A stretch of DNA of 64,000 nt, from the IMG/VR virus record IMGVR_UViG_3300025732_000016, one strand, 5' to 3'. Of the stretch, positions 7,223 through 16,453 are shown in pieces (position 1 is the first letter of the stretch; each line of letters begins with the position of its first letter). The translations under genes and the position numbers were made by a program. This stretch comes from a virus. Taxonomy: Duplodnaviria; Caudoviricetes. The notes under the pieces were generated by a model. That model was given only the letters and a program-made list of their open reading frames with translations. It was not told the origin of the DNA and ran no database searches.

Positions 7223-10141
7223 TCAAATCTCTACGTTGGGGTTGGAAACCACGAAGTCGAGAGAGATAAACTCAACCGAGCGCGTGGGCTGGATGAAGAT
7301 CTTGCCACGAATGGTGTTATTTTCCACGTCAGCCTGTGTCGTGGTAGTTGTGTCAATCTTCACCTTGTAACGATCAACACCCTGCTGGGCTTGGATCTGC
7401 TTGAGGATGGGGTCGACAAGAGCAGAGAACCTCGCCAGCGTTGCAGCCCTGTTCGGCTCGAACAGGATGGTGTTGGCAACGGTCCTCACCCTGCGACGGA
7501 GGTCGATGAGCAGACGTCGGACATTTACACGATCAAGAGCAGAGGCTCTTGCGAGGAGTGTCTTCTGTCCGTAGACGACCGGAGTCGCAGATCCAGCAAT
7601 CGTTGTGATCGGATTGACGTCGTTGCTGTACAGGACGTCGAGATTGTCCCTATTGAGCTTCGTCTGCGTCTCAACGACTGTCGAGAGTGCGCCGCGAGTG
7701 AAGCCCGCAGGAGCAAACCATGGGTAGGCCAGCGAGTCGTTGAGACCGAAGGCTCCAAGAACCGCGACAGTGGGAGGACAGATGAGGTTTGTCTGTGTTG
7801 TTGGGTCTGTCATCACCACGTCAGGGAAGTAGGCTGCCGCGAATGAGGTGTCGAGACGCCTGTTCTTGAGGCCGTTGGCAGTGAGTGAGACAGAGACCGT
7901 GTCACCAGAACCGGTGATGACCTCATCGTTGATGTTCCTCTCCTCGATGTCCATCAGGTAGATGGCATCGAAGCGGTTCGTGACAGCATCGATTGCGTAA
8001 TCCGTGATTCCCGGCTCCCTGATGCCAGGGATTGCGAGGATCTGGATGTCAGCGAACGACTTGTCCTGTAGGATGTCGATGGCCTTCCTGTATGCCGCCA
8101 CCGTCGGACCCGCAGGGCCGAACTGCGTGGTGGTGTAGTCCATCTCTCTTGCAGCTGCATTCGTAAGGAGCTTTGCCTTGTCGCTGTTGAAGATGTTGAC
8201 ACCGTCGAACCCACCCTGGACGAAGAAGCTGAACTTGAGGAACTTCCTTGTGGTGAAGTCCGCGAAGTCAGAAGTCGGGTCAATGAATCTGGTGAAACCG
8301 GAACCGAGCGTTCCGTTCCTTGAGTAACCAGCGTTCGCCCACTTGTTCGGATCAGGATAGCCCGTGAGAGAAGATGTGTCCGTCACCTGCACTCTTGTGA
8401 GAGTGAACAGGTTGTTATTGTGAGTATCAGCGTTCGTCGAGATCCACGGGTTCGCAGAGACCGTAAAGTAGTTGCTGAAGTACTTCGTCAGCGATGACAC
8501 TGTGTTGTCAGTGTACGTGTTCTTGTTCGGCTCTGACGTTGAGTTGTTGACCTCGAACTGGACTCCCCAGTGGAAGTAGGGGGAGGCTGATGCGGCAGTT
8601 CCAGTGCCGAGAGCGAGAGAGCGTCTGAATGGAACAGGAACCTGTTTGACAGTATCCACTCTTGTCAACTGGCTGGATCCCGCTATGTTCAGGTAGTTGA
8701 TTCCGCGGAAACCCATGGGCAGTGCATTCGCTGGTACTTCCTGATTCTCAACGTCATCAGGAATCTCAAGGCGAATGTAGGATGACATGTTGCTATAGTT
8801 GCCCTCAACGACAATCTTCTGAGCTCCTGCGACTCTGTCAAAGTCGTAGTAGGTCTTCATATCGCCGATCATCTTGCCGATGTATCGCTCTGAAGCGGGA
8901 TTGATTGTGAGGCCGATGAACGATTCGAGGACCTGTGGAACGTCGTCAGTGTCGCTGAACTCTCTCACGTAGAGGTCAAAAGAGCCATACTCTGACGTGG
9001 GGTCGGTCGACGGTGTAATGTTCCTGATCGAGATCTTGAACTTCGTGTTTGCGTACGCACCGTCATCAAGAGCATGAACCTTGAAGAGGTTTACAGGAGA
9101 ACCACCGAAATCCTGTGAGATTACGTAGGGTGAGAACGCCGTCTGGAATCTGTCCTCGAATCCCTCGAAGTTTGGAGCAGTCGTTGATCCAGTGTTGAAC
9201 GCCTGTGAGCCTGTGAGAATGAAAGCAATTTCCTCGTTAGTACCAGCAACGTTTCCACCCGCTCCAGCTGTAACGACTCCTGTGCCGGTCACTGGAGCGT
9301 ATGCGCGATACACATCATATGCAGTGTAAAGATAGTGACCTGCTTGTTCGATCTTCGTTGGGTCAGTGTTGAAGATTTCCGCAAAGTAATTTGGAGCCTG
9401 CGGGTCAAAGCTTGCTGTCACTATGTTCGGATAAGTTGAAGTCGCCTTATGGCCGCTGAGGAGGAGAACAAACTCTTGAATCGCGTTAGCAGATGAATCC
9501 ACAAGCTTCACGGTTCCAGTCATGAAACCGTATGAAGTAGTAGGCTGAGTCGTCGCAGGTAGGCTGTTATTGACTCCTGAGTTACCAGAAAGAACCAGCT
9601 GGACTCCCGATGGAGCCATTACAACTGCACGGAGAACAGGAATAGCTGCTGAAGTAGTCTGCGTTCCCGCCTCTGAGAACACGGTCACTCCGCTCGACTC
9701 CGACATATAGCAACCGAGGAAGTGCGTACGACCCTTGAAGTCACCAACAAATGCGTACGGGTTATCTCCGAGGTCTCCACCAATTTGGACTTGCTGCGAG
9801 CCAACAACGAAGCCTGCATTTTCAACCTTACCTGCATTGTTACCTGCGTCAGCAGCCCTCTTCTTTGCATCACCAACACCGAGGACCTTCACGTAAGTTC
9901 CCGCTCTCGCAGTGCGGAACCACTCGTTCATCGCCAGTGGACCGAACTTCTCTCCGTCCGTCGGACCAAACTTGTTGACGAAGTCTGCGAAGCTTGCTAC
10001 GGTGACCGGCACAAATGCGGGGCCTCGCAGTGAAGTACCGATTACGCCCGCCGGTACGCCTTGTGGCGCGGCCTGCGTTGGACCAGAGAGGTCAATCTCT
10101 CTGGTTCCTACACCGGGACTCTTGAAAGTAAGTTCTGCCAT
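7223..10141 (-). CDS. gp18: Tail sheath protein, paralogue B (972 aa)
   Basis: N-term SPGVGTREIDLS and GTSLRGPAFVPV; C-term WFAPAGFTRG, DRVNVRRLL, IQPTRSVEFISLDF. Confidence 0.92.
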   Translation of the reverse strand: MAELTFKSPGVGTREIDLSGPTQAAPQGVPAGVIGTSLRGPAFVPVTVASFADFVNKFGPTDGEKFGPLAMNEWFRTARAGTYVKVLGVGDAKKRAADAGNNAGKVENAGFVVGSQQVQIGGDLGDNPYAFVGDFKGRTHFLGCYMSESSGVTVFSEAGTQTTSAAIPVLRAVVMAPSGVQLVLSGNSGVNNSLPATTQPTTSYGFMTGTVKLVDSSANAIQEFVLLLSGHKATSTYPNIVTASFDPQAPNYFAEIFNTDPTKIEQAGHYLYTAYDVYRAYAPVTGTGVVTAGAGGNVAGTNEEIAFILTGSQAFNTGSTTAPNFEGFEDRFQTAFSPYVISQDFGGSPVNLFKVHALDDGAYANTKFKISIRNITPSTDPTSEYGSFDLYVREFSDTDDVPQVLESFIGLTINPASERYIGKMIGDMKTYYDFDRVAGAQKIVVEGNYSNMSSYIRLEIPDDVENQEVPANALPMGFRGINYLNIAGSSQLTRVDTVKQVPVPFRRSLALGTGTAASASPYFHWGVQFEVNNSTSEPNKNTYTDNTVSSLTKYFSNYFTVSANPWISTNADTHNNNLFTLTRVQVTDTSSLTGYPDPNKWANAGYSRNGTLGSGFTRFIDPTSDFADFTTRKFLKFSFFVQGGFDGVNIFNSDKAKLLTNAAAREMDYTTTQFGPAGPTVAAYRKAIDILQDKSFADIQILAIPGIREPGITDYAIDAVTNRFDAIYLMDIEERNINDEVITGSGDTVSVSLTANGLKNRRLDTSFAAAYFPDVVMTDPTTQTNLICPPTVAVLGAFGLNDSLAYPWFAPAGFTRGALSTVVETQTKLNRDNLDVLYSNDVNPITTIAGSATPVVYGQKTLLARASALDRVNVRRLLIDLRRRVRTVANTILFEPNRAATLARFSALVDPILKQIQAQQGVDRYKVKIDTTTTTQADVENNTIRGKIFIQPTRSVEFISLDFVVSNPNVEI

Positions 10142-10161
10142 GGGTGCTCCTTATCTCTCTC

Positions 10162-10168
10162 TAAGTAT
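10162..10168 (-). promoter_or_regulatory. Putative late promoter motif ATACTTA (sheath B)
   Basis: 20 nt upstream of the ATG at 10141; overlaps the stop codon of sheath A. Confidence 0.6.
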
Positions 10169-13100
10169 CACTCGAAAGAGACGCCTGATGGGGTGATTAC
10201 GAAGTCGACAGCAATGAATTCGATCGTCTTGGTCGGAATGAGGACGATCTTACCATTCAGTCTATTCTGTTCGGCGTCCTGTGGTGTGTTGTTAGTGTCA
10301 TCCATGATGACCCTGAACTTTTCGATGCCAGCCTGTGCCTGGATGAGCCCAAGCAGAGGGTTGACAGATGCGATGAACCTCGAGCGGACAGCGGGAGTGT
10401 TCTGCTCGAACAGCAGTCTTCCTGCCACGTCGCTTACAACTCTCTTGACCTCGAGGAGAAGACGTCTGACGTTCACTCTGTCGAGCGCGGACTTCTTCAG
10501 CTGTAGGGTTTTCTGTCCGAAGATGACGAACCCACCCGCCGGGAATGTCGCGATCGGGTTGATTCTCGCATCGTACAGTGTGTCCCTGTCTCCCTGGTTG
10601 AGCCTCACTTGGACGTTCGTGACGAAGTCAAGCGCTGCGCGGTTGAAACCAGCCGGGGCAAACCACGGGTAAGCAACCTTGTCGTTATAGGCAATCGCTC
10701 CAAGGGCAGCCACCGACGCTGGAACCTTTACTTTCTTGTTGAGATTGGCATCGTTGATGTAAACGTCTGGGAAGTACGTTGCAGCGTAGTTGTTGTCAAT
10801 CGTGAGGCTTGTGAAAGTCTCTGATGTCTGTCTTACCGATGGGCGCCTGCTCTCAGTATCGTCAAAGATGCGGAAACCGCTGTCATCATAGGATGGAATG
10901 TCTCTCACATATAGGGCAAGTGAGTAGTCTCTAACAGCGTCCTGGGCGTATGTCGTGACCAGCGGCTCTCTGATTCCCGGCACTGCGAGAATGTTGATGT
11001 TCGAGGAAACCTCATCAGTCAGGATATCGATTGCAGATCGATACGCGTAAACGACGTTGTTATTTGCTCCCGAACCAGCAGCATTGTTCACCAGGCCCGA
11101 TTCAACAGCACCGTTTGCCTTGCCGTCATCACCGCCAGTTCCTGTCTCTGTTGAAGACGCCTTGTCGTTCATAAGCCTGTTGTCACGGTCAAGAATGTTT
11201 AGACCATCAAACCCACCATAGAAGATCGAGGTGAACTTGTTGAACGATGCGAATCTGTTGAAGACTACAGACGATGATGCGACCAGAGTCGCAAGAGTTA
11301 CACGATTTGCTGAACCATAGCTGACTCTGTAATCGACTGAAGATGGTACGCCATCACGAACGTATGCAGCCTCTCTCATGTGAACCTCTGCGGTGCCAGT
11401 CACGGTGGAGAGAGATTGGTTCGCAAGAGCAACCCTCGCAAGCGTGAACTTGTTCGCGTTGAATGCATCTGCCGCCGAGCCCGTAACAAGAACATCCTGC
11501 TTGAAGATTCCTTGGAACTTCGTGTAGCTGTTCACCAGAGAATTCTGCAGTGTTCCAAGATTGTAGTTAAGAACCGCGTTGTCAACTGATGCAGTCGTGG
11601 GCATTGCTTGAACAACAACACCCCAGTACAGTCTTGAGTCTGCTCTTTCATTGGCACCAGGGCTTCCGATGTTTGCCGAACCGTTTGTCTCGGTCATCGT
11701 TCCTCGCGTGACCTTGAAGCGGTAGGGAAGAGGAGGAAGGATGGACGCTGTCAGCGGGCTCACCGCTGGGTTCACGAGCCTTGTGCCTCCCGAGAAAGTT
11801 GCGCCCTCAAAGTTGAGAGTCCCCAGATCGCTGTCTGTGAGATTATCGACGGTCTTCAGGACAGGCACTCCTCTGAATCCGAACGGAAGAGCAGGAGCAG
11901 GAATCTGACCGGCCTCGAGTAGGGGGTTCATAACAACCCTGAAGTTTACGCTCCTGTTCGGGTACTTACCAGAGATGATGAGCCTGCGTTCTGATCTCTC
12001 ATCAGTGTCGAAGTTCCAGTTGACCTTCTTGTCACCGATCGCCTTTGCGATGTAGTTCTCGGCCTTCGGGTTGAGACCTACAGCTGGGTAGTACTCGAGA
12101 CCCTGTGGGTTGAGATCGTCATCACTGAACTGGCGGAGGGTGACATCGAAGGTACCATAAGGCTGGTCTGGATCAGTGCTCGCCTGAATGTTCGAAATCG
12201 AGACCTTCAGCTTGTCATTCGCATATTCACCGTCAGAGATGGTCTCAAAGTGGAAGAGGTCATACTCATATGCACCGAAGGGCTGTGAGATGAACGAGGG
12301 GGTCTTTGGAGTTGTGAATCTCGTATCATAGCGACCGAAAGAGTTTCTCCAAGTGGAGTTGCCCGAAAGAATGAGAACTGTTGGGTCTGTGACTGCCGTT
12401 CCAGTTTGGACGGGAGCAAGCTCCTTCTCAATCGGAAAGTCGAGATAGAGGAGGTGCTTCTTCGTTGCGAAGAGGTCCGGATCGGTGTTGAGCACTCTCG
12501 AGATGTAAGCGTTGTCAGTCGGATCGAGAGATGCAGTTAGAATCTTCACCCCAACATATCCGTCGTCATTATCGAATGAAGAGCCTGCGGAAGAAGAGAT
12601 GATGATCTTGAACCTACGCGCAAGACCGTCAGTGAGGCTGTCTGGCCCAAGAGATGCAGAGAGGGCAAGGGGTGAGTACGTCTTGTCATAGGGAGCGACT
12701 TGGATTCTCGTGCCTGAAGCTGGAAAGATGACGCCGCGGATGAGGTTGACAGTCGTTCCACCAGCGTGTGATACAGAGAAGCTCGGATTGTCTGTGAAGA
12801 TTGGGAACCCTTCACTTTCTGTCGGTCCGGCAGTCGATGAGGAGATGTAGTGACGAGCAGCGATGAACTGGACAGTGCTGTCTGTGACCGTGCTTTCTGC
12901 AAGTGATGTAGCAGAGCTAATCTTGAAGCCAGCGTTTGTCACTGTTCCCTGCGTGTTAGTCGTGCCGATCTGCGAAAGCGTTGTGTTTGCACCCGCACCG
13001 AGAACTCTCAAGAAGGTGAGGGCCTGCTTGTGCTTAAGGAACTCGTTGACTGCATAGGGGGCGAAGCGCTGGGGATCGAGATCTCCGAAGCGCGCCGTGA

Positions 13101-13257
13101 AGTCTGTCATGTTCGCAATGGTGACAGGCACGAACGCTGGCCCCTTCTGGGCGGTTCCGATGATGCCACCTGGGACACCGACGGGCTGCTGAGCCCCGGC
13201 TACGAGCTCAATCTCCTGCTCGTAGAAGCCTGGGGAACGGAATGTCTGCTCGGCCAT
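10168..13257 (-). CDS. gp18: Tail sheath protein, paralogue A (1029 aa)
   Basis: N-term SPGFYEQEIEL and GTAQKGPAFVPV; C-term WFAPAGFNRA, DRVNVRRLL, LIPTKTIEFIAVDF. Confidence 0.92.
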   Translation of the reverse strand: MAEQTFRSPGFYEQEIELVAGAQQPVGVPGGIIGTAQKGPAFVPVTIANMTDFTARFGDLDPQRFAPYAVNEFLKHKQALTFLRVLGAGANTTLSQIGTTNTQGTVTNAGFKISSATSLAESTVTDSTVQFIAARHYISSSTAGPTESEGFPIFTDNPSFSVSHAGGTTVNLIRGVIFPASGTRIQVAPYDKTYSPLALSASLGPDSLTDGLARRFKIIISSSAGSSFDNDDGYVGVKILTASLDPTDNAYISRVLNTDPDLFATKKHLLYLDFPIEKELAPVQTGTAVTDPTVLILSGNSTWRNSFGRYDTRFTTPKTPSFISQPFGAYEYDLFHFETISDGEYANDKLKVSISNIQASTDPDQPYGTFDVTLRQFSDDDLNPQGLEYYPAVGLNPKAENYIAKAIGDKKVNWNFDTDERSERRLIISGKYPNRSVNFRVVMNPLLEAGQIPAPALPFGFRGVPVLKTVDNLTDSDLGTLNFEGATFSGGTRLVNPAVSPLTASILPPLPYRFKVTRGTMTETNGSANIGSPGANERADSRLYWGVVVQAMPTTASVDNAVLNYNLGTLQNSLVNSYTKFQGIFKQDVLVTGSAADAFNANKFTLARVALANQSLSTVTGTAEVHMREAAYVRDGVPSSVDYRVSYGSANRVTLATLVASSSVVFNRFASFNKFTSIFYGGFDGLNILDRDNRLMNDKASSTETGTGGDDGKANGAVESGLVNNAAGSGANNNVVYAYRSAIDILTDEVSSNINILAVPGIREPLVTTYAQDAVRDYSLALYVRDIPSYDDSGFRIFDDTESRRPSVRQTSETFTSLTIDNNYAATYFPDVYINDANLNKKVKVPASVAALGAIAYNDKVAYPWFAPAGFNRAALDFVTNVQVRLNQGDRDTLYDARINPIATFPAGGFVIFGQKTLQLKKSALDRVNVRRLLLEVKRVVSDVAGRLLFEQNTPAVRSRFIASVNPLLGLIQAQAGIEKFRVIMDDTNNTPQDAEQNRLNGKIVLIPTKTIEFIAVDFVITPSGVSFE

Positions 13258-13289
13258 TGTTGTCTCCTGGAAGTGAAGTAACTCAGGAC

Positions 13290-13296
13290 TAAGTAT
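13290..13296 (-). promoter_or_regulatory. Putative late promoter motif ATACTTA (sheath A)
   Basis: 32 nt upstream of the ATG at 13257, in a 67-bp intergenic gap. Confidence 0.6.
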
Positions 13297-13324
13297 ACAG
13301 CGAGAAAGCGATTTCTATTCTGCT

Positions 13325-14581
13325 TCACAACTTTGAGAAGTCAGAGATGGCGATCACTTCTTCACCCTTGCGTGGGTTCGCATCGACGACGTGACCGACG
13401 ACTCTACCCCTCTTGCCAGTCACTGGATCAATATCGTAGACTACTCTCCGCGTCCTCGTCTTGACAGTGTCAGTATTACCCACCGCTGAGCCGTTGGGCT
13501 TGATGTCGCGCAGAACTCTGCTTGCGTCTGCCCTGTCGGCGCCTGCCTGTGACTCTGCCTGTGACTTCCCATTCTCGCCAACGGTCCCAGAGGGTCTCTC
13601 AGTGTCATCAGTTGCAACTTCCGACAGGATATAGGTATCCACCTTTCCACTGGGTACGGGTGTCTCCTGTGATCTCTCAGAGTCTCCGATGTATGCTCCG
13701 AATGATATCGTAGGCGCAGAAATGTAAGAACGGATTCCGCTAGGGATTCCTCTCACCTCGGGGAGAATGAGGTATCCCGGGACTTCCGCAGTGATCGTCG
13801 CCTTCGCCACCCTTTCTTCATCATTGAAACCGTCAAAATTGTTTCCTGATCCGATGGACGCCTCAAAGTAAGCGACAAACCAGTAGCCCTTTTTGGTAGT
13901 GATCTTTATGGAGCGATTGCCAGGTTGGATGTACGATCCCATGAGAGTCGTGATCATCTCATTGAGGTGACCGACATACTGCGCCCAAAAAGTAATTTCA
14001 TACTTCAGCGTGAAGTATTTTGGCATGGGTATGACGAGAACTTCGTACAATCCACGCTTCAGGTTTGGGTTGAGCTGTCTCCCAGTTGACTCGTAATAGT
14101 CACGCTCCAGATTGTTAGTATTTCCAGCTCCCTCTGTAGGAGCGTTCCTAAAGCCGTGTGTGTTCTGCAATGCCTGGTACAGCGGGTCATCAGCAGAGAT
14201 TCTCTTCTTGATGACGAGCTCATTGAAGCGGTCTGATATTCCTGAGCCCTTTGTGGAATCCTGCTCTACGCCAGAACGAGATATCGAGATGATCGGGAGA
14301 ATGAGTGCATTATTCCTGTCACGCAGAGGGGACTTTTTCGATGCGAGAGCAAATCTTTCTCCCGTTGCAAAGACAACCGGTATCTTTCTGATCTCATCGT
14401 TGTCCTTTGAAGCCTTGTAGGTGAACGGTAGAACCTTGTCGAAGAGCTCGAAGAAAGCTCTGTCAACGTCCTCGATGCCGCAAGGAGGAAGCGAGAAATC
14501 TTTTGGTACGTTAGACCCCTCGTACCCACTCGGCAACACCCCTGGGATGTCAAGCCTCTTATCGTACCTTGTCTGCATCAT
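13325..14581 (-). CDS. Tail completion / sheath terminator protein (T4 gp15-like)
   Basis: IEDVDRAF, IPVVFATGERF, LPIISISRSG, P.YFTLKYEITFW; lies between the neck and sheath genes. Confidence 0.65.
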   Translation of the reverse strand: MMQTRYDKRLDIPGVLPSGYEGSNVPKDFSLPPCGIEDVDRAFFELFDKVLPFTYKASKDNDEIRKIPVVFATGERFALASKKSPLRDRNNALILPIISISRSGVEQDSTKGSGISDRFNELVIKKRISADDPLYQALQNTHGFRNAPTEGAGNTNNLERDYYESTGRQLNPNLKRGLYEVLVIPMPKYFTLKYEITFWAQYVGHLNEMITTLMGSYIQPGNRSIKITTKKGYWFVAYFEASIGSGNNFDGFNDEERVAKATITAEVPGYLILPEVRGIPSGIRSYISAPTISFGAYIGDSERSQETPVPSGKVDTYILSEVATDDTERPSGTVGENGKSQAESQAGADRADASRVLRDIKPNGSAVGNTDTVKTRTRRVVYDIDPVTGKRGRVVGHVVDANPRKGEEVIAISDFSKL

Positions 14582-15231
14582 TCATCTCCGTAGAATGAGG
14601 AACCGGTAGCATCCTCAGTCACTCGGCGAGGCTGCGATAGAGGTGCGTCAAGAACACCCTTGTCCTGTAGAGTACGAACATCATTGGTCTCTCCAACTGT
14701 ATTCTTCTCATAGCCCCTCTGCTGCTCGAATGTTTCTTGGATAGCATTCGAATCCGTGAAGTTGTCTCCAAGAGGACCGAGAGGAGCCTTCCCAATTTGT
14801 CCCTCACGAGCCTGCTTGCCGGTGATCTTGTACCCTGTGACGTGCTCTATCTGTCCAAAGATTTTGCTGATGGGAATGAGAGACGTCGCCTCGTAGAATG
14901 TCGGACCGTATGAGAAGTAATCACCCTCTCTAATGACGACGTTCTTGTCCAGCAGGTCTCTCTGGTGTATCATGACGTTGACGGTACCCTTCGTTTCAGA
15001 GCCGAACTGGTTTGTGTTGATCTCTGGAGATGTCCACTCAACGAGAGCTTCAAGCTCGACGGGAGGATCGAAGACCTTCTCCGTCGCCTCTTCATACACA
15101 TCGTGGACCTGTGTGAGCTCTTCTCTCACGCGGTAGTAGTAAATCTTCTGTCCGATGACGTCCTTGATGACCTCTTTTGTGAGGTCTGAGATGAGGTCGA
15201 GCTCTCTCGTCGTGATGAAGAGTCTTGCCAC
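14578..15231 (-). CDS. Neck / head-tail connector protein (T4 gp14-like)
   Basis: KDVIGQKIYYY, DVYEEA..KVFDPPVEL, IREGDYF; follows the gp13-like gene. Confidence 0.65.
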   Translation of the reverse strand: MARLFITTRELDLISDLTKEVIKDVIGQKIYYYRVREELTQVHDVYEEATEKVFDPPVELEALVEWTSPEINTNQFGSETKGTVNVMIHQRDLLDKNVVIREGDYFSYGPTFYEATSLIPISKIFGQIEHVTGYKITGKQAREGQIGKAPLGPLGDNFTDSNAIQETFEQQRGYEKNTVGETNDVRTLQDKGVLDAPLSQPRRVTEDATGSSFYGDE

Positions 15232-15234
15232 GGA

Positions 15235-16404
15235 TCACCCGATGCTTATCGCGCGGCCCAGGGGTATGGGAACTGCGCGAAGTATCTTCTGGAGATTGTC
15301 GACCTTTGTCGCCTGGGTCTCGACGAGCTTATCGTGTGTGAGAGTGTCGAGCATCTCCTTCAGCTGCGTGATGAGTTTTTCCTTCTCCTCTCTGCCCTGT
15401 GAGACGAGGTCACCCCCGTTCAGCTGTAGTTCTGCACCCGGTATGGGTATGCTGCCGAACTTTGACCTCACAAGACCGAGGACTTCTTTGCTCAGCGCCA
15501 GAGTGTATTGTCTGGTCCATTGCCTTCCAATCGAGTTAATTCTGCTGTACACAAAGTTACCGAACGGAACGTTCGATAGGTTGCTCACGCCATAGATCGT
15601 ATTGTCGGCAAGCGCTGGGTTGAAGGGGTCTTGTTGAAAACCGACGCTGATCCAAAGCTTTGGAGGATTGTCAGCAACAGGCATCGGGAAGATGCGAAGC
15701 TTCGTCCCGACTATCATGTAGCTGTAATTTGAACGACGAACCTTGTTCGATATCTTCATCTGGCCGCCACGAAGAATGTCTTCAAAAACCGGAAGTACGT
15801 AGAAGACAGTCTCAGGAGTGAATGACTCGAAGCTAAACTCATTGTTGAGATAATTGATCGCAGAGGTAGTGTCGAAGAACCTGTAAGCGGCTGCAGGGCT
15901 GAAGTGTGAGACTTCAAAGATTCTCATCTTTCCGCGTGAAGGGTTCAGGGAAGAAGAAACAAGCGGAACTCCAGAGGTGTCAACTAGATCCGTGTACAGG
16001 TCATAGTCCTGTCTGCTGTGCTGTAATTGAATCGATCCAGAGACCGTGTTGTAACTGCCCCCGAGTCCCGCAGTAGAGATGTATGGCTCTGCTAGACGAA
16101 GCGCAAACTCAAGCGTTTCTCTTGGAAGCTTCTGCTCTTTCCCACTGAGTGAACCCGTTGCAGCGCCCATCAGGTTCATCAGCTGAGACTTTGCTTGGTA
16201 CTGGTTGACAACTGCACCGTACTCGCAAAAGGCTTCTTCGAAGCACGCCCATATTTGCTTAGAGGTGAGCTCTACTGACAGAATATCGTCGCCGAGCTTC
16301 CTCTTCACAAAAGTGATCATCGCATCGGCCTCTGACTGGAACTCGGAGTCCGTGTCGAAGAAACCGAACGGTGTTGGAGCCTGTGTGTTCGCGAAACTCG
16401 CCAT
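15235..16404 (-). CDS. Neck / head completion protein (T4 gp13-like)
   Basis: KRKLG..ILSVELT..QI, WTRQYTLALSKEVLG.VRSKF..IPIPG..LQLNG..L..QGREEKEKL. Confidence 0.75.
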   Translation of the reverse strand: MASFANTQAPTPFGFFDTDSEFQSEADAMITFVKRKLGDDILSVELTSKQIWACFEEAFCEYGAVVNQYQAKSQLMNLMGAATGSLSGKEQKLPRETLEFALRLAEPYISTAGLGGSYNTVSGSIQLQHSRQDYDLYTDLVDTSGVPLVSSSLNPSRGKMRIFEVSHFSPAAAYRFFDTTSAINYLNNEFSFESFTPETVFYVLPVFEDILRGGQMKISNKVRRSNYSYMIVGTKLRIFPMPVADNPPKLWISVGFQQDPFNPALADNTIYGVSNLSNVPFGNFVYSRINSIGRQWTRQYTLALSKEVLGLVRSKFGSIPIPGAELQLNGGDLVSQGREEKEKLITQLKEMLDTLTHDKLVETQATKVDNLQKILRAVPIPLGRAISIG

Positions 16405-16419
16405 CTTCTCTCCCCATCC

Positions 16420-16426
16420 TAACTAT
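16420..16426 (-). promoter_or_regulatory. Putative late promoter motif ATAGTTA (neck operon)
   Basis: 15 nt upstream of the ATG at 16404. Confidence 0.6.
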
Positions 16427-16453
16427 GACAGGGAGAGAGATTTAATCCAGACA

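Noticed and set aside
6695-13257. Extracellular contractile injection system or tailocin, suggested by multiple sheaths
   Set aside because: Capsid, portal, protease, scaffold, terminase and primase genes are present, so this is a phage.
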